From Octopus sinensis (lineage: Eukaryota), in contig NC_043019.1 in assembly GCF_006345805.1 (NCBI RefSeq), positions 31,805,360 through 31,869,359 of the forward strand: a stretch of 64,000 bases of DNA, read 5' to 3'. How positions within the stretch are numbered: position 1 is the first letter of the stretch; each line of letters begins with the position of its first letter. Position numbers and translations under genes: made by a program. Below the pieces are notes generated by a model. That model was given only the letters and a program-made list of their open reading frames with translations, did no database searches and was not told where the DNA came from. Shown here in pieces: positions 27,058-41,216 of the stretch.

Positions 27058-27094
<37 letters not shown>

Positions 27095-27199
27095 TATCAG
27101 TAAATCATATATCCAAAAGAGAAGCACACTCTAAGTTAAAGAGCAGTAGAGTATTTAGATAAAGATAGTTATGGCTGGTTTGTAAGGTTACTCAGGGTT

Positions 27200-27530
27200 T
27201 TGCATCTATAAAGCTCTTAGCTTTACGTCTCGTGAGACCCTAATCTCTTCATTATAGTAAGGGGCTGCTTCACTGAAAACTTCTTGGCTAGAGAACAGGT
27301 TAAAGATCCTCTTGTTGACATCCTTCACCAAGTTTTTGGGACATGATGGGTCGTTGGCAAAAGGCTGTGTTGATATATGCCAGCCTCTCATTTGGCTTGC
27401 AGTAGAGCCTGTATATACCAGGCCCCAAGTTGAGTGTGACATTTAAGAAGTCCGTGGTGGTGAGTTTGGTCTCAATTGTAATTTTCAGTCTCATGGAGCT
27501 AAAAGCTAAGCATTTTGTGGACATGAGGCT
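27200..27530 (-). mobile_element. Penelope-like element RT remnant
   Basis: LKITIETKLTTTDFLNVTLNL and KRIFNLFSSQEVFSEAAPYYNE resemble the FLDVTL RT-thumb region of Penelope-like elements; frameshifted. Confidence 0.7.
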
Positions 27531-27834
27531 CTGAGTAATGCCATAGACTGGTCATAACTATTTTTATCTAAATATCTTGCTATGTATATATATATATCTA
27601 TATCTATCTATCTATCTTACTATCTATCTATCTATATATATATATATTTGATTTTGATTTTTGATTTTTCCAGTTTCAGCTAATGAGCTGTGGCCATGCT
27701 GGGGCACCGCCATGTATATATATATATATATATACATATGTATATATATATATATACACATATATATTTACACACACACTCACACATACACACATATATA
27801 TATATATGTATATATGTATGTATGTATGTATTAT

Positions 27835-27876
<42 letters not shown>

Positions 27877-28689
27877 CACTCTGCTGGGGTATTGGTGTTA
27901 GAAGGGCATCCTGCTATAAAAATCCTACCAAAACAGACACAGAGGTCTGGTGTAGGCTTCCATCTGGCCAGCTCTTGTCAAACTGTTGCACTCATGCTAG
28001 CATGGAAGGCAGATGTTAACCAATGATGATGATGCACACACATACACATACATGTTTGGGATAACTCATTTAATGGTCAGGATGAAGCATTTTAGCTTTG
28101 GTGAGCAATGTGTCTTTGTATGAAACCTCTAAAAATTTTACTGGTATTTAATGTTTTCTGGTTACGGGTCCACTATGATCTGTAACAAAGAAAAAACACC
28201 TACCCTGCTTATCCCTATCCCATTTCACAAATCTAAGTTCATAGCACAAGATTTTATATCATGGCATCTGACAGAGAATAAACATGCTCTCAGTCACATG
28301 AAAAATCCATTCTCTTTATAAATGATGTTCATTGTTTCAAGTAAATGTGTCATTACAAAGAGGTTACCTGAACTACCAAACTCAAGGTATGTGATGGTGT
28401 CCGAGACTCTGGCACAAAATTGATAATGGGCACTACTTATGATCCCTGTACACATATAGTGCTCATTTATGTGAGTGTACATATTAATATGGAGTAAATA
28501 TATGATGTATTCAAACAGAAATACTCTATTGTATTCCTGTCCACCGAGCTATATTTCCTTTGACAAATTGTTCACTTAATTTTACATAAGGACCACCTCT
28601 CACCCCCGTCAGTCATGAATGATCATGGGAGGGCACCTAGAAAGTTCCCCTCCACTGTCTGAAGCTTCCATGAAACCCCAAGAGCAAGT

Positions 28690-28975
28690 GCCCTCTCCAA
28701 TTCCTTCTCTCCGACTCACAGGTCTACACTTAGAGAGGTTCCATCCATTCTTGCCATTTTTGCAACTCTCACTCACCTTTCAATAAACTCACTCGAGGGC
28801 AGCACTTCCTTCTCCACCCTCAGTTTCCTTTTCAAGTGAAACTTGAAAAAGTCAATGAGAGCCCTACCAAAGAGGAATCTTTCTGTCCTCATGCCTTTCA
28901 GCCTTGTCCACCAAACAACTTCTTTCATCCCAAAGGAAAACTGCTTTGCCTGCCTGACTGAAGGAGGGTGGGAGG
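28690..28975 (-). mobile_element. L1/Tx1-like LINE 3' remnant
   Basis: Minus-strand KEVVWWTRLKG...LIDFFKFHLKRKLRVEKEVL...FIER*VRVAKMARMDG resembles Tx1-type ORF2 ends; (AAT)n/(GAT)n lies at the 5'-truncated side. Confidence 0.5.
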
Positions 28976-28977
28976 GC

Positions 28978-29015
<38 letters not shown>

Positions 29016-29263
29016 TGATGATGATGATGATGATGATGGCGGCGGCGGCGGCAATAATAATAATAATAATGTAAAAAAGAATTCTTTATAAATTCTTTAG
29101 TTTCAATATATTTTTTGCTTCACATTTCTTCTTAATTTGCATTATTTTTTTTCTACTATATTCTTCAAATTTCTTCATCTCTGTCACTCATTCATACACA
29201 GTTCTTTCTTCTTCATATCTTCTTGTTTTTCTCTTTTTTCTCTCTACCATTATGATATTTATC

Positions 29264-29294
<31 letters not shown>

Positions 29295-29469
29295 ACCTTT
29301 AGAAACCAAAGCAAGAAGCAATGCATTGCATGACTTTTTAAGTTTTATAGACAACATAAACCATTTGAAAAAATATTCTCTATGAATTGACGTCTGTAAG
29401 GAATGCATTTTCATTCTGTTATATATGGCTTGAAATGTAATTTGACTACCTGCATCTTTTCCTCTGTAT

Positions 29470-30430
29470 ATGGATGTGTGTGTGTCTGTATTTGTGTGTG
29501 TATGTGTGTTTGTGTATGTTTGTGTGTGTGTATGTTTGTGTGTGTGTATGTATGTATGTGTGTGTGCATATGTGTGTGTGAGCATGTGTGTGTGAGCATG
29601 TGTGCATGTATGTGTCTTTGTGTATGTTTGTGTGTGTGTATGTTTGTGTGTGTGTATGTATGTATGTGTGTGTGCATATGTGTGTGTGAGCATGTGTGTG
29701 TGAGCATGTGTGCATGTATGTGTCTTTGTGTATGTTTGTGTGTGTGTATGTTTGTGTGTGTGTATGTATGTATGTGTGTGTGCATATGTGTGTGTGAGCA
29801 TGTGTGCATGTATGTGTCTTTGTGTATGTTTGTGTGTTTGTGTATGTGTGTGTATGTTTGTGTATGTGTGTGTTTGTGTGTATGTGTTTGTGTGTGTGTA
29901 TGTATGTATGTGTGTGTGCATATGTGTATGTGTGCATGTGTATATGTATATGTGTTTGTGTATGTTTGTGCGTTTGTGTATGTTTGTGTGTGTTTGTGCA
30001 TGTGTGTGTGTGTGTTTATGTATGTTTGTGTGTATGTGTGTGTTTGTAAACTGCAGTATGTGTGGATGTGTGCATGTTAGTGAACTTCTGTACGTGTGTT
30101 TGTGTGTGTTTTTTTTTTTTTTTTTTATATGAATTTGTGTGCATGTGTGTATTAGTGAACTGCTATATGCATGTGTTTGAGAATTCACATATGGCTGTGT
30201 ATGTGTGTGTGTTTGTGAATTTACATGTGTGTGTATGTTTGTGAATTTCTATGTGAGGAGGGTGATGCTGATGTGTGTATGTGTGTGTGCATGTTGAGTA
30301 ATTTCTACCCATGTGCATTTGTGTGTATGAGTTTCAGTGCATGTGTGTGTGTGTTAGTAAACCTTTGTATGTGTATGTTTTTGATTTAAGTGTGTGTGTG
30401 GGTGTGCATGCATGTGTGTGATTATCTTTC
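29470..30430 (+). repeat. (TG)-rich tract with 108-bp higher-order repeat
   Basis: AGCATGTGTG anchor at 29581, 29689 and 29797. Confidence 0.9.
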
Positions 30431-30859
30431 TATTCGTGTTTGTCCTACACCTCACCACTGCTGGTTTGTTTACATCCTCATAATTTAAGCCATTTGGCAA
30501 GAATTGGACAACAGAATAAGTATCAGGCTTTAGAAAGAAGCAGAAAATCTGAGTACTGGAGTTGATTTGTCTGACTAAAACCTTTCGTGGTCATGCCCCA
30601 GCATGGCCACAGTCAATGACAAACTCATAAAAGTAAAAATAAAAGAAGATTCCTTATGAGTGTATTTGATAGAAAGAAACTGAAAGAAGCCCATCATATG
30701 TGTGTGTGTGTATGTGCGTTTGTCCCCTCATCACCGTTTGACAACTGGTGTTGGTGTGTTTGTGTCTCTGCAACTTAGCGGTTCGGCAAAAGTGACCAAC
30801 AGAATAAGTTCTACTTCTTAGAAAAAAATTACTGAGAGTAATAAAAATCAAACGTCCAG

Positions 30860-31394
30860 TCAACAACATGGTGTTTCAAGTGGCCCCAGACTCAACACGG
30901 AAACCTACATCAAGTGCCTGGAGGACTTAGTGCTGCCCTGGGTGAAGAGGGTGGCTGCTGGAAGACCCTATGTCTGGCAACAGCACTCTACACCATGCCA
31001 CACAAGCAGGAGGATCTAGTCAAGGCTGTCAGACAATTTCTGCAACCACAACACCCCTAACATTTGGCCACCTAACTCCCCAGACTGCAACTCCCTTGAT
31101 TATTATGTGTGGGATGCAGTTGAGCGAGAAACCAACAAAACTTGTAACACAAAGATGAACCGAAGGCAAGGATTATGGCAGTATTCACAAGGAGTCCATC
31201 CAGAAGAGATGCAGGAGATTCCAAAGTTGTCTGGAACCCGTGGTTAAAGACATTGGGGATTTTTTATTAAATAAATTTACTCTTTAGTATTTCAAGATAT
31301 TTCTATGTAATTTTGGTAAATATATCTGTTAAAATGAGACGTCAGTATTATTTTCATTTTTGCATAATTTAAATGACAGTTTATTCACTCCACC

Positions 31395-31400
<6 letters not shown>
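30860..31400 (+). mobile_element. Tc1/mariner maT (DD37D-type) transposase 3' remnant
   Basis: LNTETYIKCLEDLVLPWVKRVAAGRPYVWQQHSTPCHTSRR...IWPPNSPDCNSLDYYVW; TIR-like end TTTTATTCACTCCACCCT. Confidence 0.85.
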
Positions 31401-31432
<32 letters not shown>

Positions 31433-31633
31433 TGAGCAATGACTTGTTGATAAGTCAACAAGTCATTGCTCAACTGTTTACCTGATTGCCTGATGAGTTG
31501 GGAGTTATGTAACATTTTATGCAATTTAGATCATTCTATTTATGCTTATGTCAGAATAATAACTCCTAATGAAACAATTGTAGCAAATACCAAATAACAT
31601 ATTCACTTGTTTTTATTACACATGCACGTGCAT

Positions 31634-31677
<44 letters not shown>

Positions 31678-32412
31678 ACACTTATATCATTTAATGTATA
31701 CAGTGTAAAGGTGTGAGCTACCAATTGTTTCTTACCATGAAGACATACAGCTAGGCAGGTTTTTATAACATGCCTCATGTCTCCAAGGGGTTTCTTTCAG
31801 TTTCCATCCAGAAAATTCACTCACAAGGACATTGATCAACACAGGGCTATAGCAGAAGACACTCACCCAAGATTCAACACACTGTGGGATTGAACCCTGA
31901 GCCATGTCTCTGGGAAACAAATGTCTTACTACACAGCCACACCTGCACCTTTCACCTTATATATTCTACACTATCCATAACTACATGCCAGTACATTGTT
32001 ACATTATCGAATACCTTCTCAGAAAGCTTGATTCAGTGTGCTGTATACCATATCTATGTAGAAATGAGTGACTGTAACTCTAGGTTTAACATAAATCCAC
32101 TCATTATATTGAAGTGTGTATCTTGGGTCTTATATTTCTTAACTTCTCACCTTTCCTCAGACTTGCTTGTGTTGTTGTTGTTGTTGCTGCTGTTGTTTCG
32201 TTTTTATTTTAGTTTTTTTGCTGGGTTTTTTTTCCCTATTTTATTGTAATTTGTTTCCTTTTGAGATTCTTTGATTTTTACGAATTTCTTGAAAGTCGAG
32301 ATTGTAAACTTAGATGAAGCTTTATTTAATGAAATTGATAAAACATTCGTAAATCTCTAAGATGCTACTTAATATATCATTTCTGTTGACAAATAGCTGT
32401 ACAATCAATATG

Positions 32413-32457
<45 letters not shown>

Positions 32458-32487
32458 TATATATATATATATATACATATTTATATA

Positions 32488-32535
<48 letters not shown>

Positions 32536-32590
32536 TTTACAGATACAGGTATAAGCATATAGGTGTGTGTGTGTGTATGTGTGCATGTAC

Positions 32591-32627
<37 letters not shown>

Positions 32628-32830
32628 CATACACATAATGCATGTACGCATAATATACATACAAATACACAGACATTTATAAAGATATATAGACATATAT
32701 ATACATTTATACATACACACACACACACACATATATATATATAGGTGTACATGTGTGAGTAACGTGTATTTCAAGTGTCTTTACATGTGCATAATGCTAC
32801 ACATTTTACATAATACCACACAAATATACA

Positions 32831-32862
<32 letters not shown>

Positions 32863-33842
32863 TACAAACACGTTTTCTATTCTACCAATCACAAAGTGTT
32901 CTTTTAAACAACCAATCAGAAGCAAAGTCAAAAAATAAAACAAAACAACAAAAACTGAACACATACAAAGAAAAACAAAAAACAAAATAAGACACAGCTT
33001 ATCCAAAGCCGTGCACCAATCACAATGAACATTTCAAGAGAAGACAGCTTAACAATGAGGTCACATAACCTCAAACATCGTTAATGCAGGAACTACGTAT
33101 ATAAACTTTCACTAACAGCTAGACAAGACATCAGAAGAACTTATATTAAGAGGCATTGAACATTAAAATATATAAATATAGAATACCATGTATAAATAGA
33201 GTAGAATTATATTTCTAATGAACTAATGCTTGTCTGAACACATACTAACATGTATATATGCATGTATGGCAACATGTATAGCAACATGTATACATGTGTG
33301 TCTGTAATACCTTGTGGTTATAACAACATGTAAGGCTGTCAGTGAATGACTCTGTGAATGAATGAGTGGTCGAATGGTGATATCCTGAGGCGTATGGCTC
33401 AGTGCTTAGAGTGTTGGGCTCACAACCATGAGGTAGTGAGTTCAACTGCTGGTCTTCCATAAACAGCCTTGCCTAGACTTGGGCCTTGGAGAGGAACTTT
33501 CTAGGTGTAATTTTATGGTCATTCATGACCGAAGGCGGGGGGTCTTTACCGTATCATCATCACCATCATCGTTTAACATCTGTTTTCCTTGCTGGCATGG
33601 GTTGGACAGTTTGACTGAGGACTGGCAAGCCAGGAGGCTGCACCAGTTCCAATCTAATCTGGCAAGGCTTCTACAGCTGGATGTCCTTCCTAACGCCAAA
33701 CATTCCGAAAGTGTAGTGGGTGCAATTTACGTGCCACCGGCATACCTGGCATTGATTCGGATAGTGCTTTTTACATGCCACTGGCATGGGAGCCAGTCAG
33801 GGGGCACTGACACCAACCACATTTGGATGGTGCTTTTTATGT

Positions 33843-34180
33843 GCGTGGATCAGTGGTTAGGGTATTGGGCTCACAATTGTGCGATAATGAGTTCGATTCC
33901 CAGACCAGGCTATGCATTGTGTTCTTGAGAAAGAATCTTTATTTCATGTTGCTGCAGTTCGCCCAGCTATAGAAATGAGTTGTGATGTCACAGGTGCCAA
34001 GATGTATTGACCTTTGCCTTTTCTTTGGATAACATTAGTGGCATGGAGAGGAGAGGCTGGTATGCATGGGCGACTACTGGTCTTCCATAAACAACCTTGC
34101 CCAGACTTGTGTCTCAGAGGAGAACTATCTAAGTGCAATCCCATGGTCATTCATAACTGAAGGGGGTCTTTACCCTTTAA
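33843..34180 (+). mobile_element. tRNA-derived SINE family C, near full-length
   Basis: A-box-like GGATCAGTGG and B-box GAGTTCGATTCC, followed by central domain and tail. Confidence 0.75.
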
Positions 34181-36487
34181 GCACAGAATTATGTTGGAGT
34201 AAGGTTTGAATGTTGGTGTTTGTGCGTGTGTATGTGTGTGTGCATGTGTGTTTAAATTGATTAATGATTAGTTTAATCATGTTAAACTGATCAGATAAAT
34301 TTTAATTAAAATTTAATTAGCTTTATAGCCAAAAAAAAAAACTTGGTTCCCCAGTAGAGACAGTGAATTTTGTAGACGGAGACTAAAAGAAACCTGTCGC
34401 ATATATATATATATATATATATATGTATATGTATATATCTATGTGTGTGTGTGTGTGTGTGTCTTTGTCCATCTCTTTGTCCCCTACCACCACTTGACAA
34501 CCAGTGTTGGTGTGTTTAATCCCCATAACTAAGCAGCTCAGCAAAAGAGACTGATAGAATAAGCACTTGGCTTAAAACAAGAAGTCCTGGGGTCGATTTG
34601 TTTGACTAAAACCCTTCAAGGTGGTGTCACAGCATAACTGCTGTCAAATGACTGAAACAAGTAAAAGATAAAAGATATAGATATACATATGTATATGCGA
34701 TGGGTTTTGGTAAGCAGTGACTATTTTTACAATTCTGTAAATAATTCCTTTTACCACAGGCACAAGGCCTGAAATTTGGTGGGGTGGTGGGGGGTAAGCT
34801 AGTCGATTAGGTCAATCCCAGTACATGACTAGTACTTGATTTATCGACCCTGAAAGTGTGAAAGGCAAAGTCGACCTCGGCGGAATTTGAACTGAGAACG
34901 TAATGATGGGCAAAATACCTCTAAGCATTTCGCCTGGTGTGCTGACAATTCTGCCAGCTCGCCACCTTAAATTCTGTAAATAATAATAATAATGATATTT
35001 TATAAGCTTAAAGCTTGTAAGTGATCACGATTCAATAACTAAAGAAAATAGTTTAATAATGGAGCAAATAGTCTAATATGCCCCAATATTAGACTATTTT
35101 CTTTAGTCATTGCATGGTGATCACTTATAAGCTTTAAGCTTATAAAATATTATTACTAATATATATATATGTATCATCATCATCATCGTCGTCGTCGTCA
35201 TCGTTTAATGTCGGCTCTCCATGCTGCCATGGGTTGGACAATTTAACTGAGGACTGGCAAGCCAGAAGTCTGCACCAGACTCCAATCTGATCTGGTAAAG
35301 TTTCTACAGCTGGATGCCCTTCCTAACGCCAACTACTCCATGTGTGTAGTGGGTGTTTTTACATGCTACTAGCACAAGGGCCAGTCAGGTGGTACTGGCA
35401 ACGACCATACTCAAAAGGTGTTTTTTATGTGCCACCTGCACAGGAGCCAGTCCGGTGGCACTGGCAACGACCATGCTCGAATGTTGTTTTTCACATGCCA
35501 CCAGCACATGTGCCAGTAAGGCGACGCTGGCAATGATCATGCTTGAATGGTGCTTTTTACATGCCATGGGCATGGGAGCCAGTCAGCGGCCTTGGCAACA
35601 ATCAGATGGTGCATTTATATATATATATATATATATGAGAGAGAGTGGGGAGAGAGAGATTTTTGAAAATGCTATGATGAAAATATTTTTCGTGTCAATT
35701 CAAATAACATTGGAAATGATTAAAACAAACAGAAAAATAAAAACAGATTAAGCAAAGAAGAAAATGAATGAAATTAACTGACAACCTAAAACATTACACA
35801 TACACACAAACACACACACACACACACACACACAAACTTGAATGTGTCCTAACCATACTCTCTGACAAACACATATATACTAAAATACACACCTAGACCT
35901 TCTCAGTAACTCTTTAGATGACTAAATAAATAAATAGATAAATAAATGAGAGACATTAATTCTAGCAGCATTCACCAAATGCTGCCCTAAACATTGGCAA
36001 AGTGTCAGAACAGGCTTAATTGATTAAATGTTAGGACCTTCAGTAGTTGTAGCAAGTTCAATCCTCGTTGACAGCTGATATTTCATTTTATTCAGCTGTT
36101 ATAGGAGATGCAGTGAAAATGCCACCAGCACATTCTCCTGGGGTAATAACTGGCACCTTAGACCTCTTCACCTAAAGATGGCACTTACCGTTCAGTGTTG
36201 AAATAGGTTATGAAAATGTTTTTATTCATATTGTGGAAATTCGTGAAAATAAAACTGGTAGGCGTGGCTGCATGGTAAGAAGTTTACATCCCAAACACAA
36301 CGTTCTGGGTTCAATCCCACTTGATGGCACTTTCGGTAAAAGTATCTTCTACTATAGCCTGGAACTGACCAAAGCCTTGTAAGTGGACTTCATAAGTGGA
36401 AACTGAAAGAAGCCTATCGTATATATATATATAAGGTATTGGTGTCCAAAAGACCCAATATTTCCCTCTATTTAACCATCTCACATC

Positions 36488-36535
36488 GCCTCTGATGAAG
36501 GGATATCCCTAATATCCCAGAAACAGCTTTAAGAC
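36488..36535 (+). ncRNA. Hammerhead-like motif
   Basis: CTGATGA-A-GGGATAT-CCCTA-ATATCCC-A-GAAACAGCTTTA-AGAC; 7-bp stem II. Confidence 0.55.
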
Positions 36536-36661
36536 ACTTTCTCTTTATAAATGTCCTGAAAATTCCACACAGCCTTGGTTTTGTTGTCTCATTTTATTTA
36601 ATATATATATATTATATATATATATAATATATATATATATTATATATATATATATATATAA

Positions 36662-36698
<37 letters not shown>

Positions 36699-37119
36699 TC
36701 ATCATCATCATTTAACATCCATTTTCCATGCTGGTATGGGTTGGATGACTTGACTGAAAACTGGTAAGCTGTGGAGCTTGCATCCAGTTCCAATCTGTTT
36801 TGGCACGGTTTCTACAACTGGATGTCCTTCCTAACACCAACAACTCCAAGAGTGAAGTGGGTGCTTTTTACGTGCCACCAGCATGTGTGTATGTGTGTGT
36901 GTGTGTCTTTGTGTCTGTGTTTGTCCCTGACCACTGTTTGCAAACAGTTGTTGGTCCCAGTAACCTAGCAGTTCAGCAAAAGAGACCAATAGAATATTAA
37001 CCAGGTTTAAAATAAACATAAGTACTGGGATTGATTCGCTCCACTAAAATGCCTCAAGGCAGTGCCCCAGCATGGCCTCAGTCTAATGACTGAAACAAGT
37101 AAAAGAAAAAACTGTAGTC

Positions 37120-37308
37120 ACAAGTGTTGTCATGTGGTCAAGAAGCTTGCTTCCCAACCTTGTGGTCTTGGGTTCAATCTCACTACACAACACTTTGGGC
37201 AGGTGTCTTCTACTGTAGTGTCAGGCTGACCAAAGAATTGAGAGTTGATTTGGTTGATGGAAACTGAAAGAAGCCCATCGTATAAATATGTATATAGATA
37301 TGCATGCA

Positions 37309-37339
<31 letters not shown>

Positions 37340-37570
37340 CTTTTTGTTTGTGTTGTGTTAATTCTCCTCACTGCTTGACAATTGATGTTGACAATTTGTT
37401 TACACACTTGTGACTTAACAGTTCAGCAAAAGAGATTGACAGAATAAGTACTAAGCTTTACAAACAAAAAAAAATCAAGTACTGGGGTTGATTTGTTCAA
37501 CAAATCCTTCAAGGCAGAGCTCCAGCATGGCCACAGTCTAATGACTGAAGCAAATAAAAGATGATAAAAG
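37120..37570 (+). mobile_element. SINE family A, diverged copy
   Basis: Head, microsatellite and tail recognisable. Confidence 0.7.
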
Positions 37571-39013
37571 ACTACAAAAGTGGGGGAGTGAAATCTTCAG
37601 CATGCAACTCGCATATACATTTATACCACAGGCTTCCACACAGTTTCCACCTACCAAATTCACTCAAAGGCATTGCTCCACCTGGGACACTTTCCGAAGG
37701 TGCTGTGCAATGGTACTGAAACTGAAACCATATGGCTGCAATGTGAGATTCTTAACAACACAGCCATGCCTGCATCCACAAGTTATCTAAATAAAGGAGT
37801 GAAAACAGGAGTAAGGGAGACAAAACAATGGTTTACAGTTTACCATCTTCTATTCTCTCCTGATAAAAGGGTTAAGGCTGTTTAATCAAGAGAAAACAAA
37901 AGATGGTGATGAGCTAATGTCTTTTGTGTAGATATGTGGAGGGGATGCAACATGGAATTCTTAAAGTAACCAGTTCACTTCATGCAGTTTGAATTTATAG
38001 CTGATAAATGGATTCAGTTATCTTCATTAATAAACTGAATCCATTGCAGTGGAATTGAACTTGAGACCAGATAGTAACAAAGTGAGTTCCATATCCACAC
38101 AGCAATGTCTGCACCCTGAAATTTAGTAACAGCAGCAGCAGCTGTAGCCGCAGCACATGAGTCATGAATTAAAATCTTTCCACAGCCGAGGTGTTTAGCT
38201 GTGTGCCTCTTGTGCCTCGGTGTGTATGCATAACACCCATCACAGGGGAATCAGTACAAAATATTTCTAGACAGGCAGGATACCTGAGTTTGTATAACAC
38301 CATGTGTAGGAGTCAATATATCTCTCATTTCTTGACTTAACACTACAGAATCTGAATTAAGTAACTGGTCCCTCGGACCCTTGAGGTTTCTGAAAAAGAT
38401 TAATTTTTATTTATTATTATCTCTAAGGTTTTAAATGTTTTTTTTTCTTCCTTTTTCTGAACAGGAAGTGTTAAAGAAAAAGAGAAGTAGAGAAAAAGTG
38501 AGGAACAGAGACAAAAAAAAAACTAAAATAAAATCCCTTAAAAATATTAGTTTCTATAGTGATCTAAGTAAATGGATGGGTAGCAGGGGGTGAATGGAAG
38601 GGGTTTGATTTAGTTCCTTGTTTGGAACAAATATGCTATAGAAGAAAATGTTGTGAAAGGTTGAATAGGAAAAGGGTGGAGGTTTGAATCTGTAGTGAGA
38701 TATATATAAGGATAACAGTGGGTGTATATAAGGTGTATATGCTATATAAATAAACAGTTGACTCCAGCTTCCCATTTACTCATATGAGGTTGGTTGGTTG
38801 GCATTTATGAATAATCTTTCTATACATCAGTTATTTTGGGTTTTTCCATGGTTTTTTTTTTCTCAATTTTTTTTTTATACATAAAACAACAAACAAAATA
38901 TAGAACTGTGTTGACCTTAAGGAAAAGGGAAGTGTGGTTGATGTTGTTCTTGTTGTTATTGTCATTATTGCTGTAGATATTTACTGTAGTTGGCGCTTAT
39001 TTGTTCGGTGTTA

Positions 39014-39076
<63 letters not shown>

Positions 39077-39247
39077 CATCATCATCATCATCATCATTAT
39101 TGATGGTGTTAGTAACAGTAGTAGTAGTAGTTGAAGCAGCAATAGTTGTAGTAGCTGTAGTATACATACATACATACATACACATACACATATATATACA
39201 CATATCACACACATACATGCATATATGTATGCACATGTGTGTGTGTA

Positions 39248-39289
<42 letters not shown>

Positions 39290-39311
39290 CATGTATGTAT
39301 ATAGGCATATG

Positions 39312-39342
<31 letters not shown>

Positions 39343-39774
39343 ATACATACATACATACACAAACACATACACAGTCATGTGCATACACACATGCATGCAC
39401 GTACACACACGCATGCACATACACACAAACACACACACACATACACACACACATGCGCACATACGCACGCACATATACGTATATGTTTATTTTCTGTTGT
39501 ACCCTTGGGAGCCATTTCTCAAGTCTGTTGCGGTGTGGCTTATTAAAATTTTAATATTTAACAATCGTTGAGGGAATTGAATCTAGGCCAGGAACATGGT
39601 AACGCCAAGATAAATCTACAGCCACACCAGAGAATTGATCCACCCACCAGTTGCAATTTAATAACCATTTATTTTCACTAGGCACATGGCCATTGCCATT
39701 TTTTTTTCTAAAAAAGGAAGAGTAGGGAGAAATATAAATGATTGATGCCTATTTTCTGTTTCTTATATTTATTT

Positions 39775-39991
39775 ATTCTTTTACTTGTTTCAGTCATTTG
39801 ACTGTGGCCATGCTGGAGCACCAGCTTAAAGGGTTTTACTCGAACAAATCAGCCCCAAGACTTATTATTTATAAGCCTGGTACTTATTCTATCGGATTCT
39901 ATTGTCGAGCTGTTAAGTTACAGGGACATAAACACACCAACATTGGTTTCAAGCAATAGTGGAAAGACAAATACACGCATGCATAAATATC

Positions 39992-40031
<40 letters not shown>

Positions 40032-40225
40032 CATTTACACTCATATTTATATATACATATATATATACGACAGGCTTCTTTCTGTTTCCATCTACGATAT
40101 CCACTCACAAGGCTTTGGTCAGCCCGAAGCTATAGTAGAAGGTACTTGCCCAAGGTGCCATGCAGTGGGACTGAACCCGGAACCATGTGATTGGGAAGGA
40201 AGCTTCTTACCACATAGCCATGCCT
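39775..40225 (-). mobile_element. SINE family A copy
   Basis: Reverse complement of head and tail around a (TA)n core. Confidence 0.8.
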
Positions 40226-40536
40226 GCACCTATTTATTTATTTATCCATTTATTTATTTATTTATTTGGCTTACAAGCAATCACATTCAGATAAATTAAG
40301 AACAAAACCAACTTTGGTAATGTTTGAACTTAAAAGAATAAAACAACAAATCTAGTTACCTTTATATAAACGCTACATATCAAACTCAAAGTCTGTCCAT
40401 TAACCAATTTACTACATCTTTTTGTGTATATATGTATGTTCTGTTTGGTGAGTGGTGCCATATTAGCAGAGTTGTTAGAACAATTCCAACACATTTCTCT
40501 CTCTCTCTCTCTCTCAATTTTTTCGCCCTCTCATCC

Positions 40537-40572
40537 CTTTCTGCTGAAGAGCATAGGCTTGAAACATCAAAA
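40537..40572 (+). ncRNA. Hammerhead-like motif with variant core
   Basis: CTTT-CTGCTGA-A-GAGC-ATAG-GCTT-GAAAC-ATC-AAAA; sister copies on the minus strand at about 20150-20182 and 40908-40943. Confidence 0.45.
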
Positions 40573-41176
40573 ACTTTTCCATTTTTCCAGAGCTTCAAAC
40601 TAATACACCTGCTTCTTGTTCCCTCACATGCCTCTATATATATGGTTCAGATGTATATATATATATGTATATATATGGTTCAGATGTATATATATATGTA
40701 TATATATATATAATATATATATATATATATACATCTGAACCATATATATATATATATTATATATATATATATATATAGTTGAAATTTACAGATATATATA
40801 TATATAATATATATAGTTGAAATTTACAGAAAAACAGAAGACAAAGACAGCTGTGTGAACAACAAGCAGGTGTATTAGTTTGATGCTCGGGGAAAAATGG
40901 AGAAGTTTTTGATGTTTTGAGCATATGCTCTTCAACAGAAAGGAATAAGAGGAAATAAACAGAGAGAGAATAAAAAAAAAACTTGTGGATTTAGCGATTA
41001 ATCATGGCAACTGGTTGGGAAAAAAAGTTTGACAGGAGAGCAAGGAAAAAGGGGAGATAATAAAGTACTGGTGATCCCAAAACAAAGGTGTGCATGCGTG
41101 TGTGTATATAAGAGTGTGGAAGTGTGTGTGCATGTGTATATAGGGGCTATTTATATATATATTTATACTTACATAG

Positions 41177-41216
<40 letters not shown>

